Origin: Antedon mediterranea
Taxonomy: Eukaryota > Animalia > Echinodermata
DNA: 64,000 bases
Direction of reading: 5' to 3'
Assembly (NCBI RefSeq): GCF_964355755.1
Contig: NC_092674.1
Span: 14,880,001-14,944,000, forward strand
Shown: positions 25,800 through 37,774 of the stretch, one piece after another
How the letters are laid out: each line of letters opens with the position of its first letter
How positions within the stretch are numbered: position 1 is the first letter of the stretch
The notes under the pieces: model-generated
The model's database searches: none
Told to the model about the DNA's origin: nothing
The model's input: only the letters and a program-made list of their open reading frames with translations
Translations under genes and position numbers: made by a program

Positions 25800-26730
25800 C
25801 CATAATAAAACTGCTGATACTTTTGTAAATTGTAAACTCAGATTGGTGGTACATAATGTTGGATGTCACTATCTCTCGTGTAAATAAATGTAAACACCTT
25901 GGTGTGATATTAGATAATAATCTTTCTTGGTGCTCACAAATCGATAATGTAAAATCTAAGGCTTTGCAGAGCTTGTACTACTTAAAAAAGACTAATAATA
26001 TATTTCCAAAAGAAATTCAATGCAAACTATACAAATCACTTATGGCTCCTCATCTTGAGTATTGCCATGTTGTTTGGGGACGTTCAAATATAACTCAAAG
26101 TAAAACACTACAAGTTCTTCAAAATCGCGCAGCAAAAGTTATTACAAACAAATCTTAAACCGACTCTAGTACTCAAGCTCTACAAAGTCTAAATTGGATG
26201 AACTTAGATGAAAGATTATATATAAATGAAGCTATTGTTATGTTTAAGATTATGAACAACCTTGCACCTCCATATTTATTAAATAAGTTCAATATCAAAA
26301 ACAATTACTATAATATTAGAACTAAGCCAAATTTAATAGTACCAAAACCAAAAACAAACTACAAAAAACGTAGCTTATCATATAGAGGTGCCAAGGTTTG
26401 GAATGAGCTACATGAAGATATTAAAAATGTGAACTCTGTCTCTCTTTTTAAGAAACTGTTAACTGCTAATTTCATGTAGCTTTATTTAAATGTAGTGTAG
26501 GCCTATTATTTAATTTTATAGTTAGTAAGTGTATCCTTGTTTCATTGTAATTGTTTTATTATCTGCTTTTGTTTTTTGCTTCTGTAATTGTTTTATTATT
26601 TGATTTGATATCTGCTTTTTACATTTATTATTGTTGGTGTTTTCCTTTGAGCACGGTCTTACTGAAAAACAACTTTTAGTTGAGTTAAGTATCCGTGATT
26701 AAATAAAGCTTATTATTATTATTATTATTA
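25800..26730 (+). mobile_element. 5'-truncated CR1/L2-group LINE in an intron
   Basis: KHLGVILDNNLSW, YKSL..PHLEYC.VVWG, LQNRAAKVI, SLSYRGAKVWN. T-rich 3' UTR, AATAAA and (TTA)n tail. Confidence 0.85.
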
Positions 26731-27326
26731 TCTCTAATAGTTTATGAGTATATTTCACTATATGTTATGTTATTTGTAAATGTTGCTACCATCCTATACT
26801 GTCATTGGGTTTAAAAATGTATACTTTTATATTATAAATTGCTAATTTTTTATTTAGATTGCGACCAGAAAACTACTGTATTTATATATATGCATACGCA
26901 GAAATTCATTTACGATGCCATTGTCATAAATGTCCTGATTTAATCAATTTTTTAGCCAAGATCAGATACTAAGAATAATGGTATGCAATCTGAAATTTGT
27001 ATTTCATTTTTCAATTTAGGTTCAGTTTTGTTTTCATGTCCAAAATGTTTTAAATGTTTTTTTTTGTGTGTTGATATGTTGATATTTAATAGTAACTTGA
27101 ATAGTGTATTTTTTCTTTATGATGTTAATTAAAAATAAGTATTGTTTGACTATTTTGACATCATTGGGAAATAAGATATAATTTTAAATATTGAATTTTG
27201 GTGTTTTCTTAGACATTGGTACAAACTATGGGGAAGAAGAAGAAGAAGGAACTGTAAGTATTATACCAGCATAGACTAAAATGCTTTGAAAGCTAACCTC
27301 GCCCAAATTTTTATATGAAAAGTGTG

Positions 27327-28703
27327 TATCATTGTAACTGTATGAAACATCCCTCAACGTCTTTTCTAATTAGTATAAAAATAGTATTTTTATGTCTTTT
27401 TTTTTTAATAGGTATCTTATGTGGACACTTCCTATAGGCCAGATGATTCAATATCTGAAACTAGTGATGAAGTAAGTGTTTTACTTTTAATGTTAATTTT
27501 GAAATCGTATTTTGAAACTTTTAATGTTATAAAACAAATATTTACTGGGCTTTCATCGGGTAACGGTTACAAATATAGCCCTCGACTTCGTCTCAGGATA
27601 TAGCATAGTCTCCAGATCACCTCGGTCTATATTTTTAACCATGCCCCTCAGTCCAGTAAATATTTGTATAACATACAACGTAATGTATTGCCAGGCCCAA
27701 ACTACTACTTCTCTATCTAGCGAACCATTTGTAAGAAATGAAATACATGTACCACCTATCCCAATCCGCTTACATTATAACACCTTATAAAATACTGTAT
27801 TGTTATGAATATTATACCAGCATAGGCCTATAGTGAGTTTAAAATGTTGCTAAAATGCTTTGAAAACTAGGCATGCTATGGCTGCTAAGCTAGTCCCTGC
27901 CTAAAAGAATAGTAACTGACGGCAATGCCAAATAATAATTTTAATACTAAGTATGTTGGTTAAAACTTAGTATTATGGTTTTGCTACAATTATTTGAGTG
28001 TATGTTAAAAAAACTTATGGACGAAAAACGCTCCATTACAAAAATAAAAAAGGCAAAATGTTTGGAATCATGAAATTGGAAAAATTTAGTGCCATGAAAA
28101 TAAAATATTTTACAGTATATCATTGTAACTGTATGGAACATCCCTCAATGTATATTCCAATTAGTATACAAATAGTATTTTTATATTTTTCCTTTTGAAT
28201 AGGCATCTGATATGGACACTTCCTATAGGCCAGACGATTCAATATCTGAAACTCGTGATGAAGTAAGTGTTTTACTTTTTATGTTTATTTTGAAATTGTA
28301 TTTTGAAACTTTTAATTTTATAAAACAAATATTTACTGGGCTTTCATCAGTGTAACTGTAAAAAATATAGCCCTCGACTTCGTCTCAGGATATAGCATAG
28401 TCTCCAGATCACCTTGGTCTATATTTTTAACCATGCCCCTCAGTCCAGTAAATATTTGTATAACATACAACGTAATGTATTGCCTAGGCCAAAACTACTA
28501 CTTCTCTATGTAGCGAACCATTTGTAAGTCTGCTCATATTATAACGCCTTATAAAATACTGTATTGTTATGAATATTATACCAGCATAGGCCTAGTGAGT
28601 TTAAAATGTTGCTAAAATGCTTTGAAAACTAGGCATGCTATGGCTGCTAAGCTAGTCCCTATCTAAAAGAATAGTAACTGACGGCAGTGCCAAATAATAA
28701 TTT
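27327..28703. repeat. Tandem exon-intron duplication (~27327-27941 vs ~28118-28703); partial third copy ~29305-29355
   Basis: The exon DTSYRPDDSISET.DE and the flanking intron sequence occur twice. Confidence 0.85.
27534..27667. mobile_element. Small TIR element (duplicated at ~28325-28459)
   Basis: 15-bp IR ACAAATATTTACTGG / CCAGTAAATATTTGT around an internal CCCTCGACTTCGTCTCAGG motif. Confidence 0.55.
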
Positions 28704-30576
28704 AGATGTGGGAAAAGATCGCAAAGTATCTATTGAGCTCGTAGATTGTTTTACAGGTAGCATGTTGAATAATGCATGCACTGATAAACAAAACTGAAAT
28801 ACACAAATAATATGTCTGAGACACAATGTGTATTTATGAGTTCCTAGTAGTAAATTTATTCTTTACAAATTATAAATTATTATAGAAATAATTATCACTA
28901 AATCAAACAGTATTTGTCCAAAAAAGCCACTCTACATTCTTAGACAAAGTTATCATGTTTTTTTCCATAGGAAACAGAAATTCCAGAGGTTGAAGAAGTA
29001 GTAGTGAGTAATTTAATTCCATATTATTTAGCAGTAGCAACCTTTTCTCACAGACATTAATATCATACCCATACCTTTTTTTTTCTGTATGAAGGGAATT
29101 GTCAATATTTGTATATGAAAGCTTATGCAAAACCAGTAAACATATACCCTTTACTTTACTGCTTGTGAAAATCATGAAATTCAAGTAAAAGTTTTTTGCC
29201 ATTAAAAATGATCACAAATGTATAAATTTTAGTGTGTAACCTTATTTTAGGTTGATATAAATAATTGTCACTAAAACATTGATATTTATGCTTTAGGCCT
29301 ATATTATACAACGTAATGTATTGCCTAGGCCCAAACTACTACTTCTTTATCTAGCTCGATCGAAGCTGCTTGTTAATGTTTAAACTGATTTATAACTATA
29401 TTATTAACTTAATTTATTTGAAATAAATATATTTATATATTACTATCTAAAAAAAAATAAAAAAAATTAAGGAAACCAGCACGTTTGTGTCCATTCTGTA
29501 AAAAGTATTATCGGGAAAAACTAACAAGACACATTAAAACAGTACACAATGACAACCAAAGAGTAAAAGATGCTCTTAAATTTCCAAAGCGAGAAATGCA
29601 AAAACAGTTCGACCTAATGAGAAAAGAGGGTATATATATTGTAAATAATGGTGAAATGAAGAAGAATAATCTAAAGTACGAACAAGAAAGAAGAACCACA
29701 AGTAAGAAGCCACCTGTAATGTGTGGGCTTTGTAAGGGATTTTACAACCGGGCATCGTTTAGCCGGCACAAGGTTAAGTGTCGGGGTAAAACTAGTGCTG
29801 ACTGCGACCACATTCCGATGAGTGGAATTAGTTGTGATCTGTCTTCTGGCTTTAATGTTGAAATTTTTAATCGTTTTAGGACCGATGAAGTTGGTGAGAT
29901 TTGCAGAACTGATTTAACATTAATAAATATCGGGAAAAAATTTTGGGACAAAAAGAAAACCTGTAATGTCTGACATGAGGAGGTTGGCGACATTATATAA
30001 CTTCTTTAAAAAACATCTAGTTAATAAAACCCAATGTGATCTAAAAGGTGACATTAGTGACATGTTTAAAAGAAAGCACTTTACCTCCCTAGTTGAGGCT
30101 ATCGATGAGTACACTACCGACGAGGCACTCATCTTGAACAAGAAAGAGATACTGATGCTTCAGAAGTTGACAAATTCCTAGATGTCCTTAAGTTGAATGA
30201 AGATTTTGTTTTTGGAGATGCTTCCTACCAACAGAATCAGAACAGACAAAAGAATTTGCGAAAACCTACAGTGTTACCCTTAGAAAATGATGTGCAAGAA
30301 CTCAGAGAGTACACTTTAAATCAAATTACAACCATGATAAATGACCCATATATGATATGGGATTCACATAATTGCAGAAAATTACGAGATTTAACCGTTT
30401 CAAGATTGACACTTTACAATGCTCGACGTGGTGGGGAGCCATGCCGTTTAGTGATAGAGGAGTGGCAAGAAGCCAAACAACACATGGGTTGATAAATATC
30501 ATGCTGATGGAATTTCTGATCCACTTGAAAAGTCTTTGATCAACAAACTAAAAATCACCTTTCAAACAGGTAAAGG

Positions 30577-31073
30577 TGTTACAGTCAAAAGTGACGGATA
30601 TGTAAAGTTAAACGCAAAGGGTAATTTGCATAGAACTAGTCAGGTGTATTACCGTATAAAAGAATTGCGGAGGAATGTAGTAATTACACCTCACATCAAC
30701 CTTGTAGAGAAGGGAGGTGTCGCACCTCAGCAATAATAAAGATTGACCATTGTAAGTAAGATACTCATTTATTGTAAGGCTATATACTTGTAATACTATA
30801 TACTTGTAATAACGATAATGTACAATGTAATTCTGTGTTAACGTAGATAACTATAACAATTAAACGTTAACGTTTGTTTGTAGTGCTGCCCGTTGGGCTG
30901 AAGTTGGTAATACACAACTATCTGACCACCATTTGTAGTAAATCGTAAACCAAGCCGAGTATACACATGATTGTTTATGTATGATTGGAATGTAATTGGT
31001 AGTGAACAAGTCCACGAAGAAGTTAATTGCGTTCTTCAGTGGCCATATAGTTAACTTCAATCTGGGCGTGACA
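30577..31073. mobile_element. Solo LTR (497 bp) inside the YR coding exon
   Basis: TGTTAC...GTGACA. 5-bp TSD AAAGG at 30572-76 and 31074-78. Removal gives in-frame FQTGKGNNHLVP. Confidence 0.9.
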
Positions 31074-31721
31074 AAAGGAAACAACCATTTGGTGCCGGTT
31101 CTGTTCCCGCAAGACTGTGTTGATGCTATGGATGTACTGAGTAAACCTGAAGCAAGATCTTCTGCAGGTGTTGCTGAAGATAACAAATATGTCTTTGCGT
31201 GTGTCCAAAGATCACAAAATCATGTGACGGGATGGCACGCCATTAATAGCATTTGTGTTGAAGCAAAAATCAGTTGTCTGGAAAAGTTAACAGCAACAAA
31301 AAACCGCCATAGAATCAGTACTCTGTATGCTTCCATGGAGCTGCCAGAAGCGGAAAGGTCACTGTTCTATAAACACATGGGGCATTCCTCAACTATTAAT
31401 CAGAATGTTTACCAGGCTCCTATTGCATGGACCTATGAATTTAGAGGTCCATGTTTATTGTATTTCTTTATATATTAGCTTTATTTTGAAGAGGTTTTAA
31501 AAACATTAATGTGAAGAGATGAGAAAACTACACAGAAAATGGTCGGTCAAAATCTGTGTAGTTTTCTCATGATAAAAGCTTTACAAATTTGTCTGAAAAT
31601 GCTAAAAAATACTAAACCACCTGATTATAAATAATAATAGGCCTACAATTAGCTGGAAAATTGAGAGGCTCGTTTCGTTAAGAATATCGTATATAGCCAT
31701 AATACGTGATTTTGGCCCTTT

Positions 31722-31811
31722 ACCGGCAGAACCTCCCGTATGGGGTCACCGCCCGTGAGCGGCCACTTTTCCAGGTCCCGAGGGTGGCCACTTACGGGAG
31801 GTTCAACTGTA
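31722..31811. mobile_element. Right end of a pogo/Tigger-like MITE
   Basis: ...GGCCACTTACGGGAGGTTCAACTG-TA, with an internal inverted GAACCTCCCGTA. Confidence 0.45.
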
Positions 31812-33640
31812 TTTAAAAAAACCATTATCCTTAGTTACGCATAGAAACAGGTTCTAAGATAACATAAATAATACATTTTGACATAACTTGACCCAACAAA
31901 TGACCCTTTCACAAGGTCAGACATTTTCTGGGATTCAGTAGATAAGTAAATTTGGGAAAAAGTAGTAAAGCTATGTAATCAATTGTTTGTAGTCATGAAA
32001 CCTCATATTAAAAATATTGTACTGTACTTAGTTACGTATAGAAACAGTTGCTACAATACACTATAGGTAAAATGTTGATGTCATTTGACCTCAATATGTA
32101 AAATATTTTTTTTTTTTTCATGAAAACTCCATATTTAATTTTTTTTTAAATATCCTTAGTTATGTAAACAGGTTTAAGATAACACTAAAGGTCAATTTTT
32201 TACCTTTATTCAGATTTGTCAAGACTTTTTTTCTGAGATTATTAGGATTCAATATTTAAAGTAAATTTGGCAAAAAGTAGAAATGTAAAACTATGTAGAA
32301 CAAATGTTTTGTATTTATGAAAAACCCTTTAATATTTTTTGAAATTTTCGCATATAAACAGTTACTATGGTAAAATGTTGACCTCATTTGACCTCAAAAT
32401 GAATAAATTTACAAGGTCAAGTTTGTCATTAATAGAATGCAGTAGAAGTAAAATTGAGAACAATTACAAATGCAATCAATTCTTTGTATTTATAAAAACG
32501 CCATTTTTTACGTTTTTTTAAATTACTTTCCTTAGTTACACATAGAAATGGTTGCTAAGGTAACTATCTTGTAAATTTTGATCAAACATTAATAGTTGTA
32601 GTAAAGTGGGGACCTGTCCTGTTTCGCATTCTGACCCCTTTTGACCTCAAATTACCTATTTACAAGGTCAAATTTTTTGGGGGGTCTTTCTGTATCTCTT
32701 TACACAAAATAGATTTACAAATTTATAAAAACCATTGACGCCATTATTTCAAAGTTTAACATTATTTTCCATCAACTAAATATTTCAATGCAAAATACTG
32801 TTTTTCTGGCAATTAATTGAAATAAACCTGACAACACATTCTCCTATTTTATCTAAACTATTCGTATGACTCTAGTAGCATTATGACAAGCCACATATAC
32901 ATTTTATTATTGGATTAGCCATATTTAAATTGTGTTTCATGTGTTTTGTTTGTTGATATTTTGTTTGTATTTTTTTGTATTTTTCGTATTTTCCTGGCAA
33001 CACAAAACCTATGTACGAAATTTACCCCAGTGTTTTTTTTTGTGATTATTGTTGACAAACCTATTGACTATCAAATTAAAAAACCTCATTGATTTAAAAA
33101 CACCACTTTGGAAGTTATAGGTACGTTTATGAGGTATACTTTTATAAAAAAAATATTTTTTTAAAACACCCCTTTTTAAAAATAATGGTATCAACCAAAC
33201 TCCATTTTGTAATTTTTTTTTTTAACATTAAATGAAACTCAATACATGTTGTTTACACTGCTAGAAACAAAAACTGTATACTGTAAGTATTTTTGGTTAA
33301 AATAAGTATACAAGTTTGTACTTTTTTACTATAGAAAATCTGTGAAAAATGGCAAAAACATCAAAATTTGGATAATTGACCGTTGTCATGGCAACGGAGG
33401 CTAAAAATTAAAATGAATGTTGTAGATATGCTTTTTATTGAAATGTCTATTCATGGTAAACATTTGAGAGAAATCCATTTTTTTACATCTGCCACCAAAT
33501 CTTTGATTTTTACAGACAATGGCTCTTAAATAGGCTAGTTTGTCAGCATGTAGCATAGTCCTAGAGGTCTAATATATGCCTAAGGTAAGGGGCCTACAAG
33601 TTCTTGTAAAAAAAAAATGGATGGGAGGCGTAGGGCCTAC

Positions 33641-33815
33641 CTTCGATTCGTCCAATGATTCCTCTCTGCTTTCCAAATCCTGGACATTTTGCAGTCGCCT
33701 TTTGTCCAACTTGATAATGATTACATATCGGTTCAACTATTGCTTTTTGCTTTAAAACATTGCCCGTAACAGGGACGTCATTAAACCAAATAATTAGGAT
33801 TACTTTTCCAGTCAT
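33641..33815 (-). CDS. Coding first exon, divergent from the CACTA transposase; probable 5' end of the BEN gene
   Basis: ATG-initiated MTGKVILIIWFNDVPVTGNVLKQKAIVEP...YQVGQKATAKCPGFGKQRGIIGRIE ending at G/GTAGG (phase 1). Confidence 0.45.
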
Positions 33816-35677
33816 TTTGAATTAATTAATATTCGCGGTTTAAATTCAAACTACTGGTGGTTGTCGAGTCGTCGACTCGCAGAGGAATAATTATAATTAA
33901 TTAATCAGAAATTAATTAATAATTGTTCCCCGGATGATGATGCCGGCACAACAAAATATTGATTTAAAATGTAATGTAAAATGACTTTATAGGTTTTGCA
34001 GTTTTTTGCAATTTAGGCCACACCTAAGAAAAATTCTTAAAATCATTACGATGTTATACAGAATGTGAAGAGCAACTATTTTACCGTCACTTTTTCATTC
34101 TGTACATCTTTGAATACGTAGTAAAAAGTTCAAAAACAATAGTAATTAACCGCGGAACAATAGGCCTATTGACAACAAATCATTAACATGTTAATGCAAC
34201 AGGTTAAAATAGAACCTTACTGATTAAAAAAACGGCAAGTCTTTTGACGTTATGAGCGTATATGATGGCGTTTTTAAAGTAAAAACATTTTTTTACCGAA
34301 ACTTCAATATTCAGCGACTTAACAGTTAGCAATTACAATAGTAAGTACACCTTTTCAGTATTTTTATCAAATCGTAAAACAAGAAATCAAACAAAAATTT
34401 GTTCAAGTTATAACATGAGGTATGTGCGCGCGCTAATCACAGAAGCGCGCATGCAGTAAAGGCGCACCGCTAATTAATAGGCGAACACAGTGGAGTTCTG
34501 TAGGCCTTAATAATAAATATGCATAGGCCTATGTGTATGCCTACTAAGTATTACTAACAAACAATTAGTAATTAGACCTAATAGGTTACGAGTGGAAAAA
34601 AGAATAGACCTAATTAATACTATAGGCCTATCACAACACTAGGACGATAATAATAATAATATAATCGGCGATACAATTATTGAAAGCAATTCTTTCTATT
34701 AAAAAAATAAATAATCACAGTTTTTTCATAAATAAATGAATGTAGTGTAGTGTAAAATATACTTTATTTCTTAGACAATTCAGTCTTCATACAACAAGTA
34801 TATTAAATAATCTGTTTTAATGCAAGTGTCGGAATTTTGTGATTGTACTTTGATTTAGGAATGTCCGATACCAGAGAGAGTTCACTCCCCAGTAGTGACG
34901 GCGGACTCCGTACACCAGTAAAAGGACGGAAAAGACATTCAAGACACTACGGTTTCAATCCACGTAGGGCTCGATATGCTGTACGAAAGATGGCAAAAAT
35001 GTCATCCGCATCTACTACAAATAAGGACTCAAATTTTCTATGATTCAGATTCTTCTCTTGACATCTCTTCTACTTCTAGTGATATCACCACTCCGAGTCT
35101 GTGTCACAGTGTGCCTATTACTAGCAGTGATAGTATTACTAGTACTACTGAGTCAGAATCTTCAGCTAATGAGACTTCCGACCATGAAGAAAGTACCTAC
35201 ATACCACATGAAGATCCAACACTATTTAACAGGCTTTTTGAAGGGTCGGGGCATACTTATATCAGCCTTTATACATCTATTCTGTTATTTGTTATTATTA
35301 CTCACTCACACAAGCAGCATATTCAGATCTTCTATTCCTTATTTCAACAATTCTGCCTTCAAACTGCAATATCGTAACATCCCTTTACAAAACCAAAAAA
35401 ATGATTAAACAACATACCGACTTCAAAGAGCCAAATGCACATTTTTATTGTGAAAGATGCTACGATGAGCTGGAGAGTAAGAACAGCGTGTGTATATCAC
35501 AGTATTGATATATGCGATCAGCTAGGAAAACTGTTTAAAGGTATTAAACTATCCCTATTTTACCAATAATGTCAATCTTTATCATTTTTTTACTACCGTC
35601 CTCCATGGTTGTTGTTATTGTTAATTTTGCATTGTTTTGCTGGATTTTGTTTATTTTTTTATTTTGTTTTTTTGTAT

Positions 35678-36070
35678 TGTAACGATTTTGATACCCCTCT
35701 TATTGTTATGGAATAGTCCTCTTAGGAGGCTTCTGATTGGTGGGTGGCTTTGTAATTTAAGGAGGAAGAAACCCACATGTGGGCAGTGGAGCTCCAACCT
35801 TGAACCGGAAGAGTCATAAGTTTTAAAAACTATCTGATCCAATCCATACTAGGAATTACTTTGTACCTGAAGTTACACGCAATTATTAGGTAGGGCATAC
35901 GAATATCATTTCTATTGTGTACTGTATTATCAGTTGTAAAATAAATAAAACATCTCCTGAATTCGTAACGGATTGTAGTTTGTGCTTCTGTACGTGATAT
36001 TACTTACTTATCGTCGTCGGAATAACACCGACGCCGAACCCGCATTTCAACGAGGCAGGGAAACGTTACA
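35678..36070 (+). mobile_element. Solo LTR (393 bp) in a CACTA intron
   Basis: TGTAACG...CGTTACA termini, 4-bp TSD GTAT, AATAAA near 35940. Confidence 0.85.
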
Positions 36071-37423
36071 GTATTCTTAAACTATTATTATTTATACATA
36101 GACAAAACGTTCTGTGATACGGTTTTAGCCAACAACCATCACCACAATGATACCGAAACCGATACAATCAGTGACATATGTGACGGGTCTGAATACCATC
36201 GCATTGTGCCAAGTTCAATCAACACAAACAAAGAATTATTCGTAACTTTCACACTGAATACCGGTACGTACTGATATAATTTGTTAACTATTGATAATAG
36301 TTTTTAAACACATAACCTCAAAATACCGACATTATCGGTTTTACGTTTAACAATTTAAATTCTTCGTAGATGGTGTGTCAATATTTACCTCATCAAGGAA
36401 AACCCTGTGGCCTGTATACGTGGCTGTAAACGAACTTCCAGTCCAGCTCAGGTAGATGTGTGCAATAAATATTTTTTCATATACATACCTATGTTACAAT
36501 TATATATTTCTATGCGTGCTTCCCTATGGACGGTATTCGATACGGTAAAGCGTATTATTATGCATTAAGTATATTATGTTTAAAAATTCATATTATTTAA
36601 TTTTGTCAATTACTTCTTACTTGCTAGATTTTCCCGGAAATATCTATTGCCGTGCAGTATATATTGTCAAACGGAAAAAAAGAACATGCAAATGTATTTA
36701 GCTTGAATGATGGTAATTTTGCACGAATATTTTGTTTTATATTTGAAAGACCCTTTGTGATAATTATGATGCGCGTACGTAATTATGATTAACAAACTTA
36801 AGCTTTTAAGTGGACTTTAAAAATGGGCAATGTATAAGTTTGCGAAATACGTACGCTAGTTAAAAGTATTGTATATATCGTAATAAAAATATTTTGATTG
36901 TACAGGTGTTGTGATTACAACCTATTATGGAAAACGGTTGATCAAGGGGCGCTTGTTAGCTGTTTGCGTCGACCTCCCCGCCAGAGCTATTGTTTCGAAT
37001 ATGAAGCAATATAATGGCAAATCTGGGTGTAACATTTGCTACTCTGAAGGGCAGACAGACACGCCTCTGCACAGATTCTACCCGTTTACGACTGATATAG
37101 AACTGAGAACGAACGCATCATTTGTACAGAATGCTCGAACAGCATCCGTAGACATGCACAGATTATTTTATTTTTTACATTGCATTAGTAAACGATATAG
37201 CCGTAATAGACATAAGTGTATATACACTATTAGTAGTTTACCGATATCGAATATTTAATTTTGCTTAAACTCCAAATAGGTAAGAGGCATCAAAGGTGCA
37301 TCGGCACTCATGGCCCTACCGTACGTTGACATGGCAACCATATTTCCCATAGACTGGATGCACTGCGTGTTGCTGGGAATAACAAAGCAACTTTTTAATT
37401 TGTGGGTCGGTAAAGATTCTAGA

Positions 37424-37774
37424 TGGTCAATGCTCTGTCGGTGTAAATAAGCAGACTCGACAAAGTCAACTGATGATTTGGTGGCGGAGGTTATTCGCGA
37501 CAAAATGGGTATCACTTTCAAGTCCGACGATATTGAAGTATCTCATCGAATCGGTCCTATTACTGACAAGCCTAGGCCAATAATTGTTCGGTTCAATTCA
37601 ATCAGGACCCGTAACAATGTGTTTGCAGCCAAATCCAAACTGAAGGGTATGCCGGTTTATATGTCGGAAGACCTAACAAAAGTAAATTTCAATCTCTTTT
37701 GGAAGGTAAGACACCATGATGGAGTTCAACGTGCCTGGACTAACAGATGCAAGATATGGGCCCTGTGTAAAGGT
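37424..37774 (+). mobile_element. LINE ORF1 (RRM + C-terminal domain) fragment inserted in a CACTA exon
   Basis: STDDLV..VI.DKMG....DDIEVSHRIG....PRPIIVRF....R..VF..KSKLKG..VYMSEDLT...WT..CKI. Flanked by 9-bp direct repeat GATTCTAGA (37415-23, 37775-83). Confidence 0.8.

Larger units (their letters stand above)
24574..31478 (+). pseudogene. Multi-exon tyrosine recombinase gene (Crypton-like mobile element), frameshifted
   Basis: Large exon from ~29471: C2H2-like CPFC..LTRHIKTVH, CGLCKGFY..RHKVKC, LTLYNARRGGEP, GKGNNHLVPVLFP (after solo-LTR removal), NKYVFA, LTATKNRH, HMGHSSTINQNVY. This gives the R...xxxR..H..Y catalytic set. Phase-compatible micro-exons at 24574-24617, 25139-25207, 25473-25547, 25737-25775, 27213-27253, 27412-27471, 28203-28262, 28971-29003; a weaker one near 26858 is needed to bridge phase. 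Confidence 0.75.

Noticed and set aside
30536-30736. ORF read-through GKGVTVKSDG... as part of the recombinase
   Set aside because: Sequence after 30576 is the inserted solo LTR.
20045-33530. TTAA-flanked ends as TIRs of the YR block
   Set aside because: TTAAAGACTTTG (left) and TTAAGAGCCATTG (right, reverse complement) do not match, so boundaries remain undefined.
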